Source: Microthyrium microscopicum (taxonomy: Eukaryota). From it: DNA of 64,000 bases. Positions 53,027 to 64,000 of this stretch are shown one piece after another. Positions within the stretch are counted from its first letter, which is position 1, and each line of letters starts with the position of its first letter. A program made the translations under genes and the position numbers. Where the stretch lies: contig MU004236.1 in the NCBI GenBank assembly GCA_010405405.1, forward strand, positions 2,052,070 through 2,116,069, in the 5' to 3' direction. The notes beneath the pieces are model-generated. The model was not told the DNA's origin and did not search any database. It saw only the letters and a program-made list of their open reading frames with translations.

Positions 53027-53573
53027 TCAAGCGATGTCCTTCTCATTCTGCACGCATTCCGCCGAGACGAACGTAGTAGTGCTGGCATTTGAAGCAGTCT
53101 CGTCGCCAGTGGAAACCTCAACATTAGAAGCATCCTTTGCTAATTGAGCTTGTGCTGCGACCCTCTTTCTCTTTTTGCTGTCGCGGTAACAAGAAGAACT
53201 GTAGACTATCAGCGCATTCTGGGGACTGTAACCGAGAGACTTACATCATTGCTGCCAGGATAATGATCAGTGAGACTCCACAACACACTGATATTGCAAT
53301 AGTAAAGTCCCTGGTGGCTTTACTTCTAGCGTGGGCTTTATCAGTAGCTTCTTGAGCCACTTGTTCCGGCGTGAGAGGTTCGCCACAGAAGCATTTGCCA
53401 GCAGGCACGAGTATACCTCCGAGATACCTGCTTCTGGCAAACAGTTGGTGTGTGGAGTTGATTGCATTGATGAAAACATAGTTCAATTTGGCGACTGAAG
53501 GAAGCGAATCACCTGAGAAGGAAGGCGAAGAAGCATTGTAACTTTGGTGGGAGAGTGCTGGTAGAGGCGACAT
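53027..53573 (-). CDS. Small single-pass membrane protein, paralog C (~166 aa)
   Basis: Exon 1 53573-53245, phase-2 intron 53244-53199 (GTAAGT..CTGAT..CAG), exon 2 53198-53027. Starts MSPLP; TM FTIAISVCCGVSLIIILAAMI; then SSCYRDSKKRKR. Confidence 0.75.
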
Positions 53574-54152
53574 GTTTGTAGTACCGGTAGGTTAGAATCT
53601 TGAAAGTTGAAAATTGAAGAGTGCTTATTCCCTCAGAAAACGGCGAGATGGTCACTGATATATCTGACGTTTCCATTATGGGACATCCAGCAGACAGATC
53701 ATGCGGGCATGAAAACTAGATCTGCTGTGTAATAGTTCATACTATCGTGTTCTTGGCTGCTCGAGTTTGGTATAATTCCATTGCAAGGCTCTTGGTGTCG
53801 AGTTAGCCGCAGCGTAGGTGGTCTTCGTCAACCATGAATTGAGCATTGTCTCGAGTAGAGATGCGTACTTACATCTGAACATTCTCTTATTGCATTTTTG
53901 AACTCTGGAGCTCTGTGGCTCCATTGCAGTGTGTAGAATAGATTTGTGTGTGAAGGTGTTCCCTGAAAAGTTTCAGCAGCAAAAGCTCCTGAATAGAAAT
54001 ATTATTTGATGTAAAATCCATATATTGCATGAAAGATCTCATACTTTCAAATTTAGCAAAGTGATAGATACTTCATCATAGACGAGATTGAGGCACGTCG
54101 ATTATCCAACTGAGCAGACGAAAATGGTGTATCGATAGCCATATACTTCTCC

Positions 54153-54676
54153 TTATTCCTCCTTGTCCACGGCAAACTTCTTCAAATCATCCAAATCAAC
54201 AGAATCGAGAGCTTTCTCATGTGTTGCATTCAAAAACACTCTGTTCAATGATCAGCAACATCCTTGTCATATACCGAAGCCGCCCACTTTGGGACCATTC
54301 GATCCTCTGCTCCTTTGCCAGCTTTGCAAGCCTCAAGCCAACGGGATGCACAAAGGCACCATTTACACCCGTCAGTCAATCCAGCCTGCCGCAAGTCATT
54401 TCCTCGTGAAGCAGTAAAGTCAAGAAATTCGTCTGTAACGACAGCTACAAGTTGATTAGCGATTATGTTCACATGCGAGTTGAACAATGCACGTACCGGC
54501 AACACTATGATTTCCAGAATCGCCGGCTGGCACTTTACAATAGCCATCACGCATATAGCCAGTCATCGGCGCCGTGGAGTGAAGCTTCAACTGCCGACGA
54601 AACACTGCAATATGTAAGTCACAAACCCCAGCACTATCAGAAAAAAGCAAAAATACGTACCATTTAAACTTGACAT
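54153..54676 (-). CDS. DUF2237 family protein, 4 exons
   Basis: Spliced product MSSLNVFRRQLKLHSTAPMTGYMRDGYC...GNHSVAAVVTDEFLDFTASRGNDL...GLTDGCKWCLCASRWLEA...VPKVFLNATHEKAL, matching the DUF2237 pattern (TG..RDG.C, WCLCA.RW, L.ATH..AL). Confidence 0.88.
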
Positions 54677-56262
54677 TGTCGAATTTTGGAACGTAGAAAG
54701 TTGTATGTATCAATTCTTGTCTTTCCGGTCGTCCCGATCGCGCATGGAAATGATAAAAGCCAGCCCGATAGCTAAAGATTGAAGAAAGAGAAACTCATAA
54801 AGATCGCGTTGCTGCCAGGCCATAAATGCGGAGAAGCCACTGCCTCCAACTACAGGTGATGAGGTCATAGTTGGTGCAAATCGTCAACGCGGATGTATTG
54901 GGAATTTGGGATCGTTTGTTTGAGAATGGATGATGAGAAGACAGAACGTCTCTTCTTTTTTTGTCAAGATCGTAGGAATACGTCGATCGGGAACCTTTAC
55001 ATAAACAGGAACCAGGAAAATATGTAGCGGCGGGGTGCACAAGGGCTTTTGCTGAGAAAACGGCACAAATGTTGGTTAACTGGGAAGGATTTCCGGCAAA
55101 ATCGGACCAACCCGCGATACAGGTTTGGCTCGTGGGTTGTATGGAGTAGCAAACAGCTTTCTGGGGATTGGGAGAGCTTCAAATCTGCTGTGGGAATGGA
55201 ACGGTCTTTGTAGTCCCATTGCTTGAAGCAGCGACCTACATTATCTGTTTAACTGGAGCCATCAATGCCAGAACGTGAAGAGGCGATTTATGCCCTGAGA
55301 GGACCAAAGCACAACGCAAGGTCTGGTACGTGGTGTTGCGCGCATAATAGGCGTAGAACGGCTCGAGAACCGGCGGCCCGTGGAAGCGCATTACTTTTTG
55401 ATTTGGTCATTGACTGTTTATCAAGGTGGGCAATGATCGAAATACATTAGGGACAGCCTGAAGCCATTTTCATTATTTGAAGTCGTATACGAATTTGGGA
55501 TAGAAGGCTCTTCAATAGCCAGAAAGTGCCAAAACTAGAGTATAGTGATCTTGATATTGGATGGACTTGCATGCAGCGATCACAACCATGCTGCAGATAA
55601 TCTACAATTCGCGCCTTTTGAGATCGTTGAGCAATGTCAATGTGGTCGTGGTGGTTGGAACGGAAGAAGTGGCATGCATCAAAACAAGTTTTCCTTTTGC
55701 TCACAATTCCGTTCCTTGATTTCCTGGTTCTGGAAAGACCGACAAAAGAAATGAGTAATTCAGGTTGAAACATTGAAAGCAATGGCAAACCACTCGTTTA
55801 GTACCCCATGATCGTTCCCAGGTACTTCTCCATGATTTATATCCCCGAGATTGGGATTAATATAGTACCGTCCTTTAAAGCGTTCACACCACGTTCGAAC
55901 CACCAACCAATAACGCAAATTGCCAATGTGATCAAAACATGATGTTTATTTTTTGGTTCATCTGCCTACTATCTCGTGAGGCTATCTCAAATTCATGGGT
56001 GCATAATCGCTTCCCAATGATTTACTATTGGACCAACATCTGTTTCGTGCATACTAACATTACATGCCATTCGTGAAACCGTTTCCTTTTTTTGCCCATA
56101 ACTCCGAACTCGTGCATATGCATGCAACCTCCGAATTACCAGAAGCCGACTCAAAAATAACGCTGAATTAAGGGCCTGTGAACGAGGCAAAAGGAGGGAA
56201 GAAAGGAAAATTCCGGTTCTCTCCACCATCCAGAACCGTAGCATCTAGCACTGTATGCATGA

Positions 56263-58425
56263 TCAAACTCGTAGTCCGCCAGTCAATTTTCGCTTCATGT
56301 CTTCCAGCGCATAGTGCTGCTTCAACAGCTCTTCTCGTTCGGAAGATGTTGGGCCATTGGGTCGAGCCTGGAGTTCCACATATCGCTTCTTATAAACTGC
56401 GTACCGCCGCTGGAACTTTTCGGCAAGAGTGACCCGTTGGTGATGCGACATGTTGTAATCTGGACTAGTGACACTGCTGTCATCGGACACCTGGGCGGTG
56501 CTACGAGGCCGACCAGTAGATTTGTTGCCGTTTGTAGCAGTGCCGTGCGATCGCGATAGGCTGTCGCCATTGGCCATTTTGCGGACTTTTATGGGAACGC
56601 TGTCCAAGGAGCTGCTCGAGCTGTCGTCTGGCGACTTCCGCTTGAGGGGAGTGCTCTTGGCTGTCGCGGGCTTCATCTTGGGTGTGCCCAAAGGTGTGGT
56701 CGTCCGGGCCTTCTTGACTAACACATCTCTATGCGTCTCCAGAGCCTTCCGTTTGAGGTTCTTGACCCCGTTGGATTTGGAAGGCGAGACAGCGGCCGAG
56801 AGGGCTTTGTGCACTGGGTGCGACTCCTCGAAATCGGAAGCGTTGACTGGAGGTGACAGGCTCAAAGGAGAAGGATTCTTTGGCTTGTTTAGCAATGCCT
56901 TTGCTGAAGTGCTTGGCTTTGCTTCCTTGGCTGGTCGTCTCGCTGGCGACTGTGTAGATGCCGGTTTGGTGACCTTGGCCGGCTTCATCTTTGGAGTGTC
57001 CCGTTTGAGTGACTGGGCCTCCGATCTTGAGGCACTGCTGGCTGCTACCTCTCGACTCTTTGGAGTGCCTTTGGTCTCCCGCTTCTCCTCCTTCTTCGCC
57101 ACTGGCGCCTTCTCGCTCTTCTTTTCCACCTTCTTCTCTGTCCGCTTTCCTTGTGCGCTCTTGAGCACTGGCTTGAGGTTGGGAGTTGACACTTTTGGTG
57201 CCTGTAGTTTCAGTTTGGAGAGCGATATCCCTTTGTTGCGGTCCTCTTTAGGGAGTAGATTCTGCCAGATTGGATCTTCCTTATCAATTCGTTGGCGATC
57301 GAAAGCACGAATGGCATTTTCAATACAAGCTTCTCGTTGCGGCTTTGTATATGGGAACTCGAAAGGTTCAACAGTGAGCCAAGTCTTTGAAGATAGTTGC
57401 CAGAGATGGGCTTCATCTTCCTTGGCAATGTTTCCTAGGATTTTGATTGCCTCCTCCTGTGATGATCTGACACGAGAGTAGCAATCACGCAGTGAAAGAG
57501 GACCTGTGGCTAGCAGGTGGGTCAGAGCTCGCTTTACGGCCTTCGTGCGATTTTCAGTGGGCGATAGGTTTGGATCGCGGGGCATCTTGGAGGTAGCTTT
57601 GTCGTCGGAATCGTCAGGATTGAATGAAGAAGCGGGATTTTGTCCACGACGAGAGGATATACTGGGAACAACTTGGGTTCTATAATGGAAGGACGAGTTA
57701 GTCTTTTATGCAGTAGAACTTCTAGATCGCTGTGGTGGTTGAGAGTGGTTTAATTGAGGAAAGGTCCTCAATAGACACCGACAATGGACAATTATATCGT
57801 TACAATACGCATTGTCTCAATATAATTACTCATTGACGGCCAAGAAGTGTGGTTTCTAGCCTGGCAAGTGCGAACCAAGGTGGGGAAGGCACGTTGGAAC
57901 TGCCCAGAGCCAGATTGGGGAAGGTACGATGGGAAATTGGAAGGCACGCACGTTCTGGCAGCTTGCTCCTTCTGTATGGAGGCCATGTTGTTCTTCAATG
58001 CTTCGAGCGCCTGGTCCATGCCGGCTGACTGCTCCTCCATCTTCTTCACCCCCAATGAATGGGAAATCAGTCCTGCAAACTCCCATTGTCCCTTGTTCTC
58101 TTCATCTTCTTGGTATAACTCGTGCCGTATATTCGAGGGCCGACAATCCAGAACGTGGTTATGGTTTCCGAGCCGAAGCATCTGTTGCCGTCTGTTAGCC
58201 GTCTGGTCGCAGCCCATTGCGCACCACCCAACATACAGGAGTCCGGCCAAACGATATCTGAGGCTGTTTGCCGCTGCGGGCAGCCGCCAGAAGTTCCTCG
58301 AGAACAGCATTGCTCATGTCCAGCTGCATCACCTGCACGCTCTTGGACTCTGCCCCGGCCCTTCCAAGAAACTCGTCCGGAGCCCCATTTAATATTATGG
58401 GCGTTCGAAAATTGAGTTTGTCCAT
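56263..58425 (-). CDS. ELL-like nuclear protein (putative RNA polymerase II elongation factor ELL family), ~3 exons
   Basis: N-terminal exons MDKLNF...ISFGRTP and MLRLG...LEALKNNMASIQKEQAAR. Central ALTHLLATGP...PFEFPY...RAFDRQR...IWQNLLP domain, then a Lys/Ser/Pro-rich linker. The C-terminal helical AEKFQRRYAVYKKRY...HYALEDMKRKL resembles an occludin/ELL domain. The gene is clear; the family call is from motif memory. Confidence 0.65.
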
Positions 58426-60548
58426 GGTACTATTTATTTGTAGGAGCAATTATGTGGTATGTTGTGTATGGTAGGGAAAGGGTGCTGACGACCCGCCCTG
58501 GGGGTGGCAGGGCCCTTTGGTAGAGTGCTACCCGTGCCAGTCGCTGCAAGTCTGTCACCAGCTGGAAAATGATGCTGTGAAGTGTTCGATGGCGGTGAAA
58601 AGCATGTGGGCAAACGGACACCGAATATCAGGCAAACAATTGTAGAGCGGTCGTGGTGGGCTTCGAGGCCTCTGGTAGGTGAGCTGGGCTTGAGGCGGAT
58701 CAGCAAGCCTTAGTTGACGGCATACAAGCCAAAACTACGCTGTAAAGAAGGAAGTTCCCGAGAGTTGGAGAAAGGCTGGCTAGAATGCTGTAACATGCAA
58801 ATGCTAACAGTAACAGTCTCACCAAATAATGCAGAGCGTGCAAACCAGTAACAAGAGGAAGAGTATGGAAGGTGAAGAAAGGTTGGGATTAGAAAGCAGA
58901 TTGGAGGTTTCCAGATGGAGCACCAAAGAGATCTGGGACTGGCAAGCTGGTAGGGCCAGGCGGCTTAACGTGGGCAAGAGGCGGAAGGGAGTGTCTGGTG
59001 TCTGGGGACTGGCGTGTCTCGCTGCCACAATTTGACAGGGTCAGGAAATAATACGCCAGGAATTACCACTACTGCTCCACGCTCCAACAAAGAATCTGGC
59101 ACTAGCCGCAACAACCTCACTCTCTATTCGCCTATACGTCTACGAGGTCTGCTATCCGATTGTCTCTATGGCCCTCCAGCAATTGTCTTGGCTCCGAACC
59201 CTTGAGAGACGAACAAAAGCCGGCTCCCGCAGCTGAAGAATGAACCAGTTTAGTCAGACTTGTACTATTCCAGAAATCCGTCAGACTGCAGGCGAGCACA
59301 AGGTGGGTTCGAAAACAGACGACAGGCCCATCTGTGCAACCCTGGCTTACTTGACTGCTCTTCTCTCTTGCATACTTTCTGCATGGCGCCATGGATCAGG
59401 CGTTATTGGAGCGAGGTACATTGGGACCTTCTTTCGAGCCCTCCTCCAAGCAGCAATGTCAGTCGTATCAAATTCTTGTCAAGAGTTCCGATAGTCAAGA
59501 GATTGATCATATTGTTTGTCTAAGACAGTTACAGAATCCGCCTCGGCCATTTCATAGTCACTGGGTGAGTTTGTGGGACTGGTAAATCACTCCGCTTGAG
59601 CTCTTGGAAATCTGCAGGTGGCAGGTTTCGCAAATGGATGAAGCTGGGCATCCCGTAAACCTGGGGCCCAGCGGAACGGCGCTGCGTACGGCACCTTTGG
59701 CAGGCAAGGCAAGTTGATGCGACCACACCTGCATCAGTTTGATATTTCTTTGCTTTTCAAACTTATCCCTCTAACTTGTGAGTTGGCAGCAACTTCTGGT
59801 TAGAAATGGGTTTAGCCAATAGCACCCAAGACTATGCTCCACCAAATACCTTCTGATATTCGTCTGCTGAGCATCTCGTACACACCATCATCTTGCAACC
59901 AAATTACACCGTACTTTGCGCAACAGGTTTTGTCATATGGTACATGCCGTTGTAACTCCGCCACAGTGGTCTGCTTTGCGTCAATCAAATCTACTATTGA
60001 TTGAATTGCTGACCAGGAGTTTGGCATGGGAAGCGAGAGGATTAAATTACAAGTCATCCAAATCGATTGGATCATTATGCCTCGCCTCGCCCACTCACGG
60101 TCCCACGCGGAAGCTAAAATGGTATTTTTCTGCAATACTCTTTGGGTCCATCTTCCTTGCTTGAAGGATAATAGATCTACTACTTCCCGTCACCTTGTTT
60201 CGAATATTCATAGCATTTCCCTGACTTTGTCAACTCCTTCAAGGATTTCTAAATAACAGCAGCAATGTCACCATTTTCAAAAAGCACTTTCATAGCGGCC
60301 GGTGAGAAAAGACCAGCTCACAAGCTCAACATGCAATGGCAAGGATCTTTGCCAGCGGAGGTTTTCAACGTCCGTCCAGCTCCAGCCGAATACAATGCCT
60401 ACATGGATAAGAATGAACAACAACAAAAACGACATACTGATCCGCTTTGCTTTCCCCAGCTGCCGCATTGTGCCTGTAAGGACCGTAAGGCATGTATACC
60501 GGGCACTGTTCCTCGGACGATCAACCCAGGGTCCAGGGACATCCCCAA

Positions 60549-61251
60549 TTAACTCCACGCATCCTCTGTGATTGCAGGAGGAATCCAACTCCATTTTCGT
60601 ACTGCGTAAAAAGTATCAGAGCAGGTCCAATCTGAGCGTTTCGTACCTGTACATCCAGCGGGGATGTACAAAACCTCAAAGTTTAATTCAGTGACTTTGG
60701 GCTCCATTCCCACAATAGAACTGTATGAAATTGGGCGAGCAATGCCAGCCATTCGCTTATACACTTCAAGTAGCCCTCCAGAACTGTTTCATAGCAACGT
60801 TTCCAAACACAATCCACTACTGAAAGGTACCTCCATTACTTACCACACATCAAATCATTAGCATGTCCCTCGTGGTCTTTCAAGTAACCAAACTAGTCCG
60901 ATTTGTACAATGGCCCTGAGCATTAGCATCCTGTCACCCATCTTCCTTCCTCTCACGTAAGGTGACACCTATAGACTAGCATCGGCCAATGGTGAGCAAT
61001 GTCTCTCTATTTTTGGCCACATCAGGTGGTGCATCTGTGCCGACGGGCTGATATGAAAAAAATACCACGGCCTACGCCGCTCTCGTGCCCTTGCTTTGAC
61101 AGGGCAACGGTATATTATTGCGGGGGAGGGCATTAATTTGACCCAGTTCGTCATCGCCTCTCTTTCGCTCCCGAGCGTCGCCATGTGCTTCGTTGATCAG
61201 AATAATTGCACAAAAGAATGATGTGAGTGAAGTGGATGAGCAAGAGAGCAT
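60549..61251 (-). CDS. Possible small multi-exon secreted protein next to the right AT-rich block
   Basis: ATG at 61251 gives the hydrophobic MLSCSSTSLTSFFCAIILINEAHG followed by RKR. Several GT..GCTAAT..AG intron-like signals and short ORF pieces run down to a stop at 60549. The exon structure is unresolved. Confidence 0.3.
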
Positions 61252-61529
61252 CCTTGTCTTAATTTTGGGCGATGGCGAGGGTGATATAATCGATTGGAAG
61301 TATGTTGGTCCGGCCATCACGTACGATCTTTGTCCCTCAATTTTGCTGAATTAGTGTCTTTCGGTACCAGACCTTGAACGTTCATACAGGTCATTCGGCA
61401 TATCATTTACATTTCGAGTCCTTTTCTACACTCTAGCAACGAAGGAAACTTGCCTGCACCTAGCCTCAGTAGTCACTTTTTGCTTTGTACACCAAGAAGC
61501 AAACAGATCGTTTGAGTCAAATCTGTATC

Positions 61530-64000
61530 TATAGTACTATCCCGCGAGGGGATCACGAAGCGATGTAATTATAGTAGATAAGAGATTACATGCTAAGTAT
61601 AATATCTTATTACTAGTTTATATACTTACTCTTATTTATCCTCTTAGGGACGTAGGTTTAATATTGTACTAGTAAACTCTATATCTTAATTTATATATAG
61701 AGACTTTTATAAAGTTATAGTGATAGTTAGGTAGATACTTAGGATTATGCTACTCTTAAGGATACTATAGTAATCTTAATAATAAGTAAACTAATGTCTA
61801 TATATTTAGTAAACTACTTATTAAGTATAGGGTATATTTTATCTCTATATATAAATATTATTAGTAGTTCTACCTATTTATAAGTATAATATAATAAGTA
61901 TAAATAGAGCTACTATTCTTAGGAAAATAGATTACTCTAATAATAAGAATTAATAAAGAGAGTTAAAATTTTTTACTATAAATAGGCTTAATTTATCTAA
62001 TATAATACTATTTATTACTATTAATAAATAAGCTAAGTAAAGAGCTAGGTATTCCTTAATTAGGAAAATAGCTATAAATATACTACTTAGGAACTTTAGA
62101 ATTAAGAGTATATATTCTTCTTTAAACTTTATTATTATATAACGTTAATTTTACTCTTTATTAATTACTATATTTACTTAATTATCCTCTAAATAAACTT
62201 TAATCCTCTCTACTAAAACTACTACTCTTAAGAATATTTCTACTACTATAATTAAAATACTTTTAAATAGTTAACTAGTAGAAGTAGTTACTTAGACTAA
62301 AGAAGATATATTAAATATAGGCTCTACGTCCTTTTAACCTTCTTTTTATAAAAATATTAAGATTTATAATAATATTATTATAGAGAATAGCTAAGAAACT
62401 TTAGGCTTTACGTCTATTATTTTAGCTACTACCTATATATTTAGTACTAAAGGTTTAGGCGTAATACTCTAAATATAACTTCCTAGTAGTTAAATAACTA
62501 CTATATTACTATTAAGTATTATTAAGAATATATTTAATAATAAGCATTTCTAAGTAAATTAAGGCTAGGCTATTATAAATTCTAAAGAGAAAAAAGTAGT
62601 AAAAAAAGTAGCTAATAAGCTATAATACTAAAAAAATTATAATAAGAAAGTAAGGAAGGTAATAAAAGCTATACTTTAGGGTAAAAAACCCTTTAAACTA
62701 TATAAGAAGTATTAGTCTCTTAAGTATTAGATAATAAGATATACCTTACTTAAGCTTAGTTATAAAGAGAGGAACGTTTATTATATTATATATAAGGCGT
62801 TAAAAAAGAAGAGGAAGGCTACTATCTTATTATAAAGAGTTTTAAAAAAGGCTTCTAACTTAAAAGAAGCCCTAGTATAAGCTAGAGCTAAAAAAAAAAG
62901 ATTATTTTAGAATCTTATAAGGGCTTATATAGCTAGAAGTTAATATAACTTCTAAAGCCTATTAAAATAGACTTTTAGACTACTTAGTAAGGTATCCTTA
63001 GATATATCTTAAGACTTAAGATAGATAAAGATAGATAAAAGCTATTTTTTCCTATAGCTAGTTATTATATAAATAATAATATTAAAAAAGTAATACTTAA
63101 AATAGGTAAGGTTATTACTAAAGAAGTTAACTAAGTCTTCTACTTTAATAGGCTAAAGAATTTAGTTATTAACCTAAATTTAAAGGCTATAATTAATTAC
63201 CTTATAACGTTAGAGCTACTTATTTCTCTAGATTTAGGTAGTAAATTATTTTTAGTCTATTCTTAGATTTTTAAAATAAATAACCTAGTTATATTCTTTA
63301 CTACTACTATTTATAGCTTTAAGGTAGTAGCTCTTATAGCTAGTTTTATAAAATTTAAAGTCTTCTAAGAATAGAGCCTTAGGTTTTAGCTTAGATATAA
63401 GTATACTATAATAATTAAAGGAAATTATTATATTATTATTTTTAATAAAGCGCTAAGAGTTTCTAAATTTTTGTTTAGTATTAATATTTTTAGAAAAAAT
63501 AAGAAAAAGCTTTTATTTAGGATAGAAAATAATAAGCTTACTTAATATCTAGTATATTATACTATAAAGAAAATAGATAATTATTATCTTATAGCGTATA
63601 GAAATCTAATATTAGTATCTATTCTTTAAAGTAATATCTCTAACTTAGGTAAGCTTACTTAGTATAAGTCTAATATTAATATCTTATATATAACTAGTTA
63701 TTTAAATAAATAGTTTTAATATAAGTATTCTTAATATATCTTCTATAACTAATTCTACTTATTAAGATAATTTATATATATATATAATAACTAAAAAGAT
63801 TAATATTATACTATTATAAGAAACTTAGCTTACTCCTAAAGTAATTAATAAGTTTTATATAAAGTTCCTTCTATTTAGGATTAAGGGCTTAAAGCTTAAT
63901 AGAGTAAATAGTAGAATTACTATTATAATAAATACTTATATATATACCTAGTCTCTAGACCTAGATACTATAATATTTAATAAGTTAGCTAAAAACCTTT
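61530..64000. mobile_element. RIP-degraded AT-rich repeat block, runs off the window; family not identified
   Basis: Abrupt GC drop after ~61560, TpA saturation, no ORFs. A Lys/Glu-rich ghost frame is visible around 62580-62900. Confidence 0.85.

Noticed and set aside
54795..56244. Cluster of 60-113 aa ORFs on both strands
   Set aside because: Non-ATG or motif-free ORFs of chance length; likely intergenic or UTR sequence.
56468..57481. 337-aa plus-strand ORF
   Set aside because: Antisense shadow of the Lys/Ser/Pro-rich ELL-like gene; no independent motifs.
24608..61541. TA|CAGTGCCACC (reverse of the 24617 end) resembling TA|TAGTACTATC at ~61530, as TIRs of one element capturing the gene region
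   Set aside because: Similarity is only ~10 bp after assuming RIP, and both ends face away from the genes, into their own AT blocks, so they cannot enclose the gene region.

Overview
Eukaryotic genomic DNA from a filamentous ascomycete, probably a Dothideomycete; the species cannot be determined from the sequence. The window has a two-compartment layout. Three extremely AT-rich, TpA-saturated blocks (1-~24.6 kb including an N gap at 21183-21900; 29176-40995; ~61.5-64 kb) carry the hallmark of repeat-induced point mutation (RIP). They alternate sharply with GC-balanced, intron-containing gene islands. Intact genes: an L-2-hydroxyglutarate dehydrogenase, a secreted alpha/beta hydrolase, a large conserved membrane protein, a PAF-acetylhydrolase, a Maf nucleotide pyrophosphatase, a secreted Cys-repeat protein, three tandem paralogous single-pass membrane proteins, a DUF2237 protein and an ELL-like protein. 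Reading the AT-rich blocks by hand with RIP reversed gave two main results. (1) The middle block is one complete 11.8 kb CACTA/CMC-type DNA transposon with 34-bp TIRs, a CCC target-site duplication, a ghost DDE transposase and further ghost ORFs. (2) The left block holds a ghost ORF of at least 4.6 kb, possibly ~7 kb, combining an in-frame 36-aa tandem repeat with a SNF2-family helicase, apparently part of a large multi-gene mobile element. De-RIPed translations are manual reconstructions and need computational confirmation.
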